Source of the DNA: Myxococcota bacterium
GTDB lineage: Bacteria > Myxococcota_A > UBA9160 > SZUA-336
DNA length: 64,000 bases
Direction of reading: 5' to 3'
NCBI GenBank assembly: GCA_965247115.1
Contig: CBDFGR010000003.1
Span: forward strand, 128,001-192,000
The position numbers and the translations under genes were made by a program. Below the pieces are notes generated by a model. That model saw only the letters and a program-made list of their open reading frames with translations, had not been told where the DNA came from and searched no databases. Below are positions 30,816 through 40,143 of this stretch, piece after piece; position 1 is the first letter of the stretch, and every line of letters starts with the position of its first letter.

Positions 30816-31256
30816 TCAAAACAGCATAGCGTCGAGCGAGTAGGCGCCGGGTCCCAGCAACGCGAAGACCAGGCAGACCACAGCCAGGTTGATGGTGTAC
30901 TCGGCGCCCGGAGGCTCGTTCGTGATCAGATACCCCGCGCCCCGATGACCGATCCGTCCGGCGACGATCATCGTGAGAATCAACAGCAGACATGCGGGAC
31001 GGGTGAACAGCCCCAGGGCGAGCAAGGCGCCCCCGCTGAACTCCGACAGCATGGCCATGCGAGCCTGGATGTGGGGCATCGGCACGCCGAGCTCGTCCAG
31101 CCAGGCAACGAAGCCAGCCATGGTGCCTGTGCCAACCACGCCCAGCTTCCCGAGTGCGTGGATTATGAAACAGACGCCGATGGCAACACGCCCGATCAGC
31201 GCAGCCAGGTCGACCAAGGACTGGCTGGTCCCCGTGAAGAGGGTCTCGAGACTCAT
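30816..31256 (-). CDS. DoxX family membrane protein
   Basis: GRVAIG..HALGKL, EFSGG..LALGLFTR, GAEY, GPGAYSLD. Confidence 0.9.
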   Translation of the reverse strand: MSLETLFTGTSQSLVDLAALIGRVAIGVCFIIHALGKLGVVGTGTMAGFVAWLDELGVPMPHIQARMAMLSEFSGGALLALGLFTRPACLLLILTMIVAGRIGHRGAGYLITNEPPGAEYTINLAVVCLVFALLGPGAYSLDAMLF

Positions 31257-31522
31257 CGCACACCTCCGAGTGAGCTCTCTTGTACCAGATCCGCCCCCGA
31301 TGGAAGGCACCCGGCTCGGATTCTGTGCGTACCCGTCTTCGGGCGGACACCGGAGTGGCCGTATCTGCGAGGGGGTGCGCCTCGAAGACAACCAACTGCG
31401 AGAGAAATCTCTCGGAACTGCTCATCCATAAAGCGTTTCAATACTTTACTCCGGCAAGCGCGGCACCCTGTAGCCGCGGGCGCTGGACTCCGGGCCACTT
31501 CAAGCGGTATATCAGGGTGCGC

Positions 31523-32317
31523 ATGGCTGCCCCCGCCGAGACCCCCCTGCATCTACTCGAGCTGCCGGAGGCACGTCCCGACTCCGCTAGGGTCGCGCTG
31601 CCACCGGCCGACGACTCGCGCGGCGAAGTGGAGTACTGCCTGGTGGACGAGGGTGGGTCCTGGCAGGCAGTACGGCTCGCGGAGCACTCTTACTTCTGGG
31701 AGCGCCCGGACGTCTACGAGTACCTCGTTCGGGACCTGCTCGAGGGCCAGGCAGCGGAGACGATCTCCAGGATGCTCGCGCGCGAGGTCGAGACCGTAGG
31801 GAGCCGTATCGAGCGTCTGCGCCTGCTCGACTTCGGTGCTGGAAACGGCTGGGTCGGCGGCGAGCTCGCCGAACTCGGGGCGCGCCAGATCTACGGCATA
31901 GACCGCTCCCCGGCGGCAGCCTCCGCGGCCGCGCGCGACAATCCCGGTGTATACGAGGACTATCTGGTCATGGACATGCGCCGGCTGAGCGAGGCGCAGC
32001 GAGACCAGCTCATGCACTTCGACTTCAACTGCCTTGCCTCGGTAGAGCCCCTCAGCGCGGATGAGCCAGCACCGAACGCCTTCACCGAGGCGTTCAACGT
32101 CCTGGCACCCGGCGGCTGGGTCGCGTTCCACCTCCATGAAGAGGCCCTCCTGGGCCAGCGTGAGTCTCACTTCGCTGCCCTCGTACGCCAGATGGTCGAG
32201 AGCGGCGCCATCTCACTTCACGCTAGAGAGCGCTACAGGCACCGGCTGACGACCCAGGGAGAGCCGCTGGTGCACGTCGCCTTCGTGGGTCGCAAGCACC
32301 GCGACTTCGAGGCGTGA
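31523..32317 (+). CDS. Class I SAM-dependent methyltransferase
   Basis: LLDFGAGNG motif I, GID motif II, LAPGGW. Confidence 0.82.
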   Translation: MAAPAETPLHLLELPEARPDSARVALPPADDSRGEVEYCLVDEGGSWQAVRLAEHSYFWERPDVYEYLVRDLLEGQAAETISRMLAREVETVGSRIERLRLLDFGAGNGWVGGELAELGARQIYGIDRSPAAASAAARDNPGVYEDYLVMDMRRLSEAQRDQLMHFDFNCLASVEPLSADEPAPNAFTEAFNVLAPGGWVAFHLHEEALLGQRESHFAALVRQMVESGAISLHARERYRHRLTTQGEPLVHVAFVGRKHRDFEA

Positions 32318-32411
32318 CTTGTGGGACCCGGCGCGCGAGCGGGCGCGCGCCACCCACCTTCGCGCTGGCCTCCGGCCCGCGCTGCGCGCGCCGCGTTCCC
32401 GCGGCGCTTGC
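32316..32411 (+). repeat. Copy of the ~95-bp structured repeat
   Basis: CTTGTGGGACCCGGCGCGCG-AGCGGG-CGCGCGCCACCCACCTTCG...GCGCCGCGTTCCCGCGGCGCTTGC. Confidence 0.88.
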
Positions 32412-32473
32412 CTTGTGGGGCCCCCCAATGCTCCGTTGTCTCATCGGCCCGCGTCATTGTTCCTGCGCGCCCG

Positions 32474-34288
32474 TCAGAGCTGAACTTGGGGACGGTCCTT
32501 GATCTGGACTTTTCGCGCCGGGTTGAGGGGGAGGTGTTGGTAGAGGGGGCCCTGGTGGAAGCCCAGGCGGGTGTAGTAGCGGCGCGTTCCGATGGAGGAG
32601 ATTACGGCCAGGTCGGGGTAGCCGGCGCTGCGAGCGAGGTTCGTGGCGTGGGTGATGAGGCGTCGACCGAAGCCCTGGTGTTGGGGGGCGGTAGTGGGGC
32701 GCTCTCCGAGGGGGGTGAGGGCGCCGTAGACGTGGACCTCGCGGATCATGGCGCTGTTCGCGATCTCGTCGATATATGCGCGGTCCATCGGGAGTGCAAG
32801 GCGGAGGAAAGCGAGGAGACGGTCGTCCGGCGTGGTCATCGACAGGAAGTGCTCGGTGCCGGTTGACGTCTCGTAGCGGAGCTCGCGGAGCTCGGCCTGA
32901 CTCGCGTCGATAGCTCCGTCGCGGATCTCGCGGCTGCGGATCTCCGCGAGCCGTCGGCCCTGCGCCGCGAGTCGCGTCTCGACGACCTCGCGCAGGTTGG
33001 CGGTCCGGTTTCCGGCGACGATGTCGGTCGACGAAATGTCCCGAATCACGCGCGTGAGACGACAGTAGGCCGGCGTGCTCGGGAGCGCGTGCTCCAGCAC
33101 CTGAAGCAGCTGCTCGCGCGTGTACGGTTGCCAGGAGCCCGACCGATATTGCTTCATCAGCTCGGCGCTCTCGATCAGGCTACACGGGTAGATCTTGAGC
33201 TCATCGGGTCGGACCGCCGGATCCTCGAAGAGCCGGTCGTAGTCCTCCAGGTCCGCTTCGACGCTTGAGCCGTGCAGGTTCGGCATCCAGTGCACGTGGA
33301 TCTTGAACCCGGCTTGTCGCAGCAGGCCAAGGGCCCTCCGGGTAGTGGCTACGTCGTGACCACGCTGGTTCGCCGCCAGCACCTCGTTCGAGAGGCTCTG
33401 CACTCCGACCTGTACTTTCGTCGCACCAAGGCGCCGCAGTGCCACCACCTCTTCCGGGCTGACGTGGTCCGGGCGGGTCTCGAGAGAGATGCCGACCGCA
33501 CGGTAGCGCCGCCCTTCGTTCTCGTGCTGGGCCGCCTCGAGGTCATCCCACCCCGCGCTCTCCCACGCGCCGACCAGCGCGCCTGCGAGGCGTTCGCGCA
33601 GGTACGTAGAGACGACGGTATTGTAGGAGGGTCCCGCATCCGCACCGTGGACCGCTGCCGAGACCTCGCGAAAGTCGGGCCCGGGCGAAGCCGGGCTGGC
33701 CGCTGCGCCATCCGGACTTCCGAAGTCGTTGAGCGCGTCGATACAGCGCTTGATGAACCAGATCCGGTACGGCTCCGGATAGTACGACCACGTACCGCCG
33801 AGCACGATGAGCTCGACCTTGTCGATCGGATGACCCAGCTCGTAGTAGGCCTGCAGGCGCACCCGCGTCTGCAGGTACGGATCGAAATTCTGCTCTGCCG
33901 CGCGCTGCGCACCAGGCTCGAGCGCAAGGTAGCTCTTGGGCATGCGCACATCGCTGGGACAGAAGATGCAGCGGCCGGGACACGGGAAGGGTTTCGTCAA
34001 CACCGTGACCGGAGCGACCCCGCTCAGCGTACGCACGCGGCGCTTGCGCAGCTTTTCCAGAAAGGACGCTTCGTTCTCCCAGCCGCGCTCGCTAGCCAGC
34101 CGGCGAAAGCCCGCGATCAGCTCGGAGCGCGAGAAGAAGCCCTTGCCGTCGCGGGGGTGCTTGCGCAGAATCCGCTCCAGATCACGCTGCGAGAAGGCGG
34201 GCAGAGATCGGACCTCGGAGATGATGGCGACGAGCTCGCGTTCGTGTTGTTCTGGATCGAAGCTGGGTTTGGTCCAGCGGCTCGTCAT
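32474..34288 (-). CDS. elp3: Elp3-family tRNA uridine(34) acetyltransferase (radical SAM + GNAT)
   Basis: RTLSGVAPV, CPGRCIFCP, LGGTW, ETRPD, HWMPNL, LKIYP, IREVHVYG, QHQGFG, IGTRRYY. Confidence 0.9.
   Translation of the reverse strand: MTSRWTKPSFDPEQHERELVAIISEVRSLPAFSQRDLERILRKHPRDGKGFFSRSELIAGFRRLASERGWENEASFLEKLRKRRVRTLSGVAPVTVLTKPFPCPGRCIFCPSDVRMPKSYLALEPGAQRAAEQNFDPYLQTRVRLQAYYELGHPIDKVELIVLGGTWSYYPEPYRIWFIKRCIDALNDFGSPDGAAASPASPGPDFREVSAAVHGADAGPSYNTVVSTYLRERLAGALVGAWESAGWDDLEAAQHENEGRRYRAVGISLETRPDHVSPEEVVALRRLGATKVQVGVQSLSNEVLAANQRGHDVATTRRALGLLRQAGFKIHVHWMPNLHGSSVEADLEDYDRLFEDPAVRPDELKIYPCSLIESAELMKQYRSGSWQPYTREQLLQVLEHALPSTPAYCRLTRVIRDISSTDIVAGNRTANLREVVETRLAAQGRRLAEIRSREIRDGAIDASQAELRELRYETSTGTEHFLSMTTPDDRLLAFLRLALPMDRAYIDEIANSAMIREVHVYGALTPLGERPTTAPQHQGFGRRLITHATNLARSAGYPDLAVISSIGTRRYYTRLGFHQGPLYQHLPLNPARKVQIKDRPQVQL
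32482..32511 (+). repeat. Solo copy of the 30-bp inner repeat arm, overlapping the Elp3 3' end
   Basis: GAACTTGGGGACGGTCCTTGATCTGGACTT; 27/30 identical to the reverse complement of 26559-26588. Confidence 0.8.
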
Positions 34289-34312
34289 GTGGGATGCCCT
34301 CCGGGCTCAGCC

Positions 34313-35077
34313 GTGAACGACGCGACCGCTCACGCGCTCAACTCGATCAACCGCGCCTTCTACCGCGACCATGCCGTGTCCTTCCACCTGACCCGCCGCG
34401 ACCCGTGGCCGGGCTGGACGCGCCTGGTCCCGTACCTGGCGCGCGCCGGCGTGCCAGGAACTCCTCTATCCGTCCTCGAGATTGGCTGCGGAAACGCTCG
34501 CTTCGCCCGCTTCTTGTACGAGACTTTCGAGCGCCCTGTTGTGTATCGGGGCATCGACGCGAGCGCCAGCTTGCTCGAGGAAGCGCGGATCGCCACGCGC
34601 GGGATGGATGCCACACTCGAGCAGCGCGACCTGGTAGAGGATCCACTCAAGCCGCCGAGGGACGCCGCCTCCCGGGCGTGCGTTGCTGCGTTCGGCGTCC
34701 TCCACCACATTCCTGGGGCCTCTCGACGGCGGCAGCTGCTCCTGAGCATGGTCGAACGGCTCGGGCCGGGGGGCCTCCTCGCCCTCGCCTTCTGGGACTT
34801 CGGTGCGGACCCGCGCTTCGCCAAGCGGGAGCTCAGCGTATCCGAGTACAACCGCAGGGCGCCGCAGCCGGTTGACCCGCAGCAGCTCGAGCGAGGCGAC
34901 ATGCTGTTGCGCTGGGGAGCGCCGGAGGTGGATGCGCTGCGCTACTGCCATTGGCTGGATCCGGACGAGGAGCGGGAGCTTCTCGAAGGGCTGGGGCTGG
35001 TGACGGTCGCGGCCTTCGCCAGCGACGGGCGCAGCCACGCACTGAACCGGTACCGGGTGCTGTCGCGACCAGATTGA
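34313..35077 (+). CDS. Class I SAM-dependent methyltransferase
   Basis: GTG at 34313; F..TRRDPW, VLEIGCGNARF, GIDAS, VLHHIP, LGPGG. Confidence 0.85.
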   Translation: MNDATAHALNSINRAFYRDHAVSFHLTRRDPWPGWTRLVPYLARAGVPGTPLSVLEIGCGNARFARFLYETFERPVVYRGIDASASLLEEARIATRGMDATLEQRDLVEDPLKPPRDAASRACVAAFGVLHHIPGASRRRQLLLSMVERLGPGGLLALAFWDFGADPRFAKRELSVSEYNRRAPQPVDPQQLERGDMLLRWGAPEVDALRYCHWLDPDEERELLEGLGLVTVAAFASDGRSHALNRYRVLSRPD

Positions 35078-35102
35078 CCAGCTGTCAAAAATGACAAACA
35101 AT
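35074..35102 (+). promoter_or_regulatory. Putative leaderless promoter TTGACC-N17-AACAAT overlapped by palindrome TTGAC-N5-GTCAA (likely TetR operator)
   Basis: Inverted repeat 35074-35088; -10 box ends 6 nt before ATG 35109. Confidence 0.5.
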
Positions 35103-35108
35103 CAGTCT

Positions 35109-35747
35109 ATGCCTTTGACCAGTCAGGACGCGGCTCCCGACCGGCGGGAACGGAGAAAGGCGGAGACCCGACGCCGGCTCCTGGACGCCGCGCGGCGGCT
35201 TTTCGTCGAGCGCGGCTACGACGCCACCCGTCCCCAGGACGTCGCTCGCCTGGCCGACGTGGGGGCCGATACCTTCTACCTGCACTTCCCGGACAAGCCG
35301 GCTGCCTTCCTGGCCTTCACCGATGAGGCTGCGAGCGAGCTCCTGGAGCACATCCGACAGCGGCTCCAGGGAACGGCGAATTTCTCGACGCAGTTCGGCG
35401 CGGCGCTCGAGGCCGTCCTCGACTACCGCGACCGGCAGCCCGGGGTGCTGCGCGCAGCCTTTGCAGACGAGGCCGTGATCTCGGCCCACCTGCCCGGCCG
35501 AGCGGGCCTGCGCGAGCGCCTGGCCAGTCAGCTGGCCGAGATGCTTCGCCGCGCCATGGCACGGAACGAGATCTATTCCGACTACGATCCGCCAGTGATC
35601 GCGTGGGGCATCGTCGGGATGGTGCAGCAGTCGTGCGGGATCGCGTGTTCCGCTGACCGCGCTCGACTCCTGGACAACCTGACCCGCTTCTGCGAGCGCG
35701 CGCTGGTGCCCAAACCGGCAGCTCCGAGTAAGGAGGTTCGAACGTGA
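35109..35747 (+). CDS. TetR/AcrR family transcriptional regulator
   Basis: RRERRKAETRRRLLDAARRLFVERGY...DVARLADV...TFYLHFPDK. Confidence 0.93.
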   Translation: MPLTSQDAAPDRRERRKAETRRRLLDAARRLFVERGYDATRPQDVARLADVGADTFYLHFPDKPAAFLAFTDEAASELLEHIRQRLQGTANFSTQFGAALEAVLDYRDRQPGVLRAAFADEAVISAHLPGRAGLRERLASQLAEMLRRAMARNEIYSDYDPPVIAWGIVGMVQQSCGIACSADRARLLDNLTRFCERALVPKPAAPSKEVRT

Positions 35748-36766
35748 CCAGGCTCGTGTACTGCGAAGAAGAGCTCATGCGCTCGCACGATTACGCGCGG
35801 GAACACGTCGTGGCCGGACGCCGCATCCATGGGGGCTTCGACGCGAGCGGCACCTACATGCCTCCACGACTCGCGGTGCGCGAGCCGGCAATCGCAGCCT
35901 GGACCCACGCGCTGCGCGCGCGTGGCGGAGACTTGCTGGCGGCGGACTCCTCGTTGCTGGCAGGAAAGCGCTATCCGAGCGAGGCGCAGCAGAAGCTCCT
36001 GCTCCAGGAGGGGATTCTCCAGCCCTTCTGGAACTCACTCACCATCACCGGGAAGATCGAGGGCCGCGGGCGCTTCCTTGCAGAGGCGCAGTTCCCTGAG
36101 CTTCAGGACGTGATCTGCGAGGACATCTCAGAGATGGCCGTCGGGCACTTGAAAAAGGGTCTGCTGGTGGCGCACGGCATCGACGAGGGGGGACAGCCTG
36201 AGCTCGGCATTGGTGGGCACGACGTGATGTGGTTCGCGGCACGCGACCTCGCCTATGGAGAGACGGACTTTCCGGATCCGCCGGTGCCCGAACGGATCGG
36301 CCGACCGGAGGGAGAAGCTGCCGAGATCGAGGGGCTCTCGCTGCCTCACGATCGACTCGTTCAGTTCCTGCTCAACCTGCTCATGATCGAGTTCCGCGCC
36401 GAGCTCGGCTTCGCGTTCTCGCAGCGCCTGTTTCGCGACCCCGAGCTGTTCACCCAGCGCCGCGCAGAGTCAGAGGAGGCCGCCGAGCTGATCGGACGGA
36501 TACGCCGCGACGAGGAGATCCACGTGACCTCGCTCCGACTCTACCTGGGAGAGCTCAAGAGCCTGACCTTCCGGAAGACCGACGGCGAAGGCATCCCGGG
36601 CGCGGAGGTCATCGATCCGATCTGGCGAACGATCGTGCAGTGGGCCACCGTGGAGCAACCCAAGCTGGTAGCCGAGCGCGAACGGGGGAGCCTCAAGGCA
36701 GAGATCCTCACGCACCCCGACGGCCTCTCTATTCTGGATCGCTTCGACGGGCTCGAGGCCGCCTAG
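35744..36766 (+). CDS. Ferritin-like (putative diiron carboxylate) protein of unknown function
   Basis: Spaced acidic/His motifs IEGRG, DEGG..GGH, IEFRAE, RDEEIH; GTGA overlap with tetR. Confidence 0.65.
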   Translation: MTRLVYCEEELMRSHDYAREHVVAGRRIHGGFDASGTYMPPRLAVREPAIAAWTHALRARGGDLLAADSSLLAGKRYPSEAQQKLLLQEGILQPFWNSLTITGKIEGRGRFLAEAQFPELQDVICEDISEMAVGHLKKGLLVAHGIDEGGQPELGIGGHDVMWFAARDLAYGETDFPDPPVPERIGRPEGEAAEIEGLSLPHDRLVQFLLNLLMIEFRAELGFAFSQRLFRDPELFTQRRAESEEAAELIGRIRRDEEIHVTSLRLYLGELKSLTFRKTDGEGIPGAEVIDPIWRTIVQWATVEQPKLVAERERGSLKAEILTHPDGLSILDRFDGLEAA

Positions 36767-37394
36767 CACCGCGCGGCGAGAGCGAAGCCTCCAGCTCCGC
36801 GAGGGCCTGATCGGGATCCTCGACCTTGATGGTGGTCATTCCGAGCTGTCTAGCGGGCTTGAGGTTCCGGCCGATGTCATCCAGGAAGACGGCGGCGCGC
36901 GGCTCCACGCCGAGCTCGGCGCACACATGCCGGTAGATCCGGGGATCCGGCTTGCGCAGGCCGACCACGCTCGACTCGACGAAGACGTGAAACAGAGGGC
37001 GCAGCTCGTGCGCTCCTGCCTCGCGCTTCTCTTCCGAAATCCAGTTGTTCGTCAGTGCCGCCACGCGCAAGCCCTGCTCGCGGATCGCGCGGATGGCAGC
37101 AATCATCTGCGGCCGCGGCCCGGCGCCTTCGGCAATGCTGGCCATCATGTCGCGCGCCGAGATCGATTGCCCGGCCCGCTCGCAGTCACGATCGAACGCG
37201 TCATAGAACTGCTCGATCGGAAGCTCCCCGCGCTCAAGCCGTGACCAAGCCCCCGACCCCCCCGTATCCACGACAACGCGATTAACAAAACCCTCGGCAA
37301 TCCCCAGTCGCCGCTCATAGCGCGCAATAGCGTGCAACGGCGAGCTCACCACCACACCACCCAGATCAAAAATCACCGCCGAGTACGCCACCAC
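36729..37394 (-). CDS. HAD-IA family phosphatase (sEH-N/ACAD10-N-like)
   Basis: IFDLGGVV, LTNNW, ESS..GLRKPDP, FLDDIGRNL. Confidence 0.92.
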   Translation of the reverse strand: MVAYSAVIFDLGGVVVSSPLHAIARYERRLGIAEGFVNRVVVDTGGSGAWSRLERGELPIEQFYDAFDRDCERAGQSISARDMMASIAEGAGPRPQMIAAIRAIREQGLRVAALTNNWISEEKREAGAHELRPLFHVFVESSVVGLRKPDPRIYRHVCAELGVEPRAAVFLDDIGRNLKPARQLGMTTIKVEDPDQALAELEASLSPRGARRPRARRSDPE

Positions 37395-37463
37395 GCCACT
37401 CTACAGCACCCCCCAGCTCATGATCTCGACAGCGCGCAGGCAATCGAGTGAGAGCCGGCAACC

Positions 37464-37556
37464 GCAAGCCGCGCCAAAAGGCGCGGCGCGCAGTGAGCCG
37501 CAGGCGAACGAAGGTGGGTGGAGCGCGGCCGCCCGCGCTCCAGGGCCCCACAAGAC
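37464..37556 (-). repeat. Copy of the ~95-bp structured repeat
   Basis: Reverse complement reads GTCTTGTGGGGCCCTGGAGCGCGG-GCGG-CCGCGCTCCACCCACCTTCG... Confidence 0.85.
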
Positions 37557-37616
37557 AGGCTACACTCCCTCCGCTCGGGAGAGCTCGGGCAGGGAGCTGA
37601 AGAAGAGGGCTGCGTG

Positions 37617-38384
37617 ATGGAGCTCGAACGAATCGCCTTCGTTGCCGGTGACTCGGACGTCGCGCAGGCTTCGCTCCGACGCCTGCGCGATCGCTATGCG
37701 AGCAAGTCCGTCGAGGAGGCCGACATCATTGTCGCCCTCGGGGGCGACGGCTTCATGCTCGAGACCCTGCACAAGAACCGGGAGCGCGGCGTGCCTATTT
37801 ACGGCATGAATCGGGGCACGATCGGCTTCCTGATGAACAGCTACGACGAGGACGACCTACTGCAGCGCATCGAGGATGCCGACGTGACCACACTGTACCC
37901 GCTCCGCATGGAGGCGCGCAGGCAGTCGGGCGAACAGCTCGAGCTCCTCGCGATCAACGAGGTCTCGATGTTGCGTCAGACCCACCAGGCGGCAAAGCTG
38001 CGCATCTACGTGGACGAGATCGCGCGCGTGCAGGAGATGGTCTGCGACGGCGTCCTGGTCGCCACGCCCGCAGGGAGTACCGCCTACAATCTTTCCGCAC
38101 ACGGTCCGATCCTGCCGCTCGACGCGGGCGTGCTCGCACTCACGCCGATCAGCGCCTTTCGCCCACGACGCTGGCGCGGTGCTCTCCTGCCCCGCAACGC
38201 CACGGTCCGGCTCGAAGTGCTTGATCACGCGAAGCGTCCCGTGAGCTGCGCTGCGGACTCGAACGAGGTCCGCGACGTCGTCGAGGTCACGATCCGCGAA
38301 GACCGGGAGTGCGAGCTCAAGCTGCTCTTCGACAGGGGACACGGACTCGAGGAGCGCATTCTGAACGAGCAGTTCGTCCCGTAG
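37617..38384 (+). CDS. nadK: NAD kinase
   Basis: [35 protein letters not shown]. Confidence 0.95.
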   Translation: MELERIAFVAGDSDVAQASLRRLRDRYASKSVEEADIIVALGGDGFMLETLHKNRERGVPIYGMNRGTIGFLMNSYDEDDLLQRIEDADVTTLYPLRMEARRQSGEQLELLAINEVSMLRQTHQAAKLRIYVDEIARVQEMVCDGVLVATPAGSTAYNLSAHGPILPLDAGVLALTPISAFRPRRWRGALLPRNATVRLEVLDHAKRPVSCAADSNEVRDVVEVTIREDRECELKLLFDRGHGLEERILNEQFVP

Positions 38385-38396
38385 CTCAGTGGGGAC

Positions 38397-39896
38397 CTAG
38401 AACTCCGACACCCACTTGATCGTTCCAGACACATGCATGCGCGACGGTAGGTCCGAGCCGCCGGCCTCGAGCTCTTCCGTCGTGGTAGCGGCACCGGCCG
38501 CAACGTCGAGCTGCAGGTGCGTGAAGCGCAGACCGAATCCCGCGGTGACGGTGATCCCATCGTCCCCGTCGGACGCGAGGTTCTTGTAGGCCCCGGCCCG
38601 GAGCGCGAGGCTCCCCACCCAGAAGGGGATCCGGAGCTCCGTACCCAGCGAGAGCATGCGCGAGGAGAAGCCGTCGACGTTGATGGACTCGTTCTCCGTG
38701 AGATCGTAGTCCGCGGCCAGCAGCCAGTTCGGTGTCAGATTCAGGCCGATGCCGGCGCGGATCTGCTCGTCGAGCTCCACACCGTCAGGACCGTTGCTCT
38801 TGAACTCCGGCGTGTTCAGGTTCTTTGCGACGACCCCGACGCGGAGCCAGTCCACGGGCTTGAGCAAGACCCCGACGTCTACCGCCATGCGTTGGCTGGT
38901 CTCCCTGTTGTTGGAATCGGTGATGTCATCGACCAGATCATCCGTACCGGTGATGTCGTCGTACTGGATAAAGGTGTAGTACGACATCCCGTATACAGCG
39001 CGGACGCTGGCCCCGACACCGATCCGCTCGCTGAACAGAGGATGCCCGTAGGCAAGCCCGACCTCCTGCGTCAGGAGCCCCTGCACGAGCACGCCGCTCC
39101 CGTTCCGCGAGAGATCGAGTGCTGTGATCCCGCCGGTCGCGTTCGCGACGCGCGAGACGATGTCCTGGATGGGCAGCGTCGACGTGTCGAGCCCTGCGAG
39201 CTCCGCCTGGAAGACGAGCTCCTCGGCCTGGTCCTGAGACCAGGTCCCGAGAGCCAACGCAATGGTGTCGGCGAGCGCCTGGCTGCCAGCATTCGTGAAG
39301 ACCCCGGAACGGTCGGCGCCCACACCCACCACGTTCGCCACCTGGGTGAGCGCATCGAGATCGTCACTGAAGGAAAGCCCTGTGAGGTCGAGGATCGGGT
39401 CGAGCCCAAAGGAGCCGTTCGTCTTGGTACTGAGCATCAGGCCCCGCCTGCGGAAGTTCAGCCCCGTGTCCAGGCCGGTCAGGAATCCCTCGGCGTCGGC
39501 TCCCAGGGAGACCAGCTTGTCTGCAAGCGCGAGTGAATCCTGCAGCTCGGCCGCGGTCAAGACCTGGCCGGCTTGAATCTTGGTCAGAACCGCATCAAAG
39601 CTGTTCGCGTCGATGAACTGGACGATGTCGTCGGCATCGCGAATCACCTCGCCCACGGACAGGGCCGTTGCGCTGAAGGGCAGCTCAAACTCCGACGACT
39701 GCGTGAAGACCAGCGCACCCGGGTTCCAGTGCGCGGCCCGGTTGTCGTTGACGATGGCAACTCCAGCGCCGCCCATTGCCTGATACCGCGAGCCCTGGAT
39801 CGCCCACTCCTCCGCCCTTGCGGTAGACGCGAGGACCGCGTGAATGCATAAAAGGGTTGCTGCTACCAAGAGCAGGAGACGGCCGTGCTTACTCAT
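38397..39896 (-). CDS. TraF_2-like / FadL-like outer membrane beta-barrel protein with helical insert
   Basis: Signal peptide, AMGGAGVA...HWNPGAL, VVAKNLNTPEF, QIRAGI, LRAGAY, terminal Phe. Confidence 0.7.
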   Translation of the reverse strand: MSKHGRLLLLVAATLLCIHAVLASTARAEEWAIQGSRYQAMGGAGVAIVNDNRAAHWNPGALVFTQSSEFELPFSATALSVGEVIRDADDIVQFIDANSFDAVLTKIQAGQVLTAAELQDSLALADKLVSLGADAEGFLTGLDTGLNFRRRGLMLSTKTNGSFGLDPILDLTGLSFSDDLDALTQVANVVGVGADRSGVFTNAGSQALADTIALALGTWSQDQAEELVFQAELAGLDTSTLPIQDIVSRVANATGGITALDLSRNGSGVLVQGLLTQEVGLAYGHPLFSERIGVGASVRAVYGMSYYTFIQYDDITGTDDLVDDITDSNNRETSQRMAVDVGVLLKPVDWLRVGVVAKNLNTPEFKSNGPDGVELDEQIRAGIGLNLTPNWLLAADYDLTENESINVDGFSSRMLSLGTELRIPFWVGSLALRAGAYKNLASDGDDGITVTAGFGLRFTHLQLDVAAGAATTTEELEAGGSDLPSRMHVSGTIKWVSEF

Positions 39897-40099
39897 GTGT
39901 TCCCCTCCCGACGGAGTGCGTGGCTGTGCGGCCGACCGGATCGGCCCGCTTCTGTTCGGAGCTTCGTCGAGCGGGCCCCAAACTTGAGGAGGCGGGCGAC
40001 GGCTCAGCTTCCCGAGCTCTTCCACACAGACAGCTGCCTCGCGCCTTTGGCTGCACGAGTTGCAGCGTCGTTGCGTATCGACGCCCTCGGTCCGGCGGC

Positions 40100-40127
40100 T
40101 AAGGGCAGCCTCGCGATCTGCCGAAAC
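40100..40127 (+). promoter_or_regulatory. Sigma28-like promoter TAAGG-N15-GCCGAAAC
   Basis: 16 nt upstream of GTG 40144; shared spacing. Confidence 0.5.
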
Positions 40128-40143
40128 AGCAGCCGAGGTGGCT

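Noticed and set aside
33272..34312. 5' part of the 601-aa ORF suggesting a large methyltransferase fusion
   Set aside because: It is antisense to elp3; the methyltransferase most likely starts at GTG 34313.
38381..38392. GTAGCTCAGTGG match to the tRNA-Gly D arm as a possible att site bounding an island
   Set aside because: Only 12 bp, opposite orientation to the tRNA, from its 5' half, includes the nadK stop codon, and no integrase is present.
38397..39896. Conjugative element implied by the TraF-like gene
   Set aside because: No other transfer, relaxase or integrase genes in the window.
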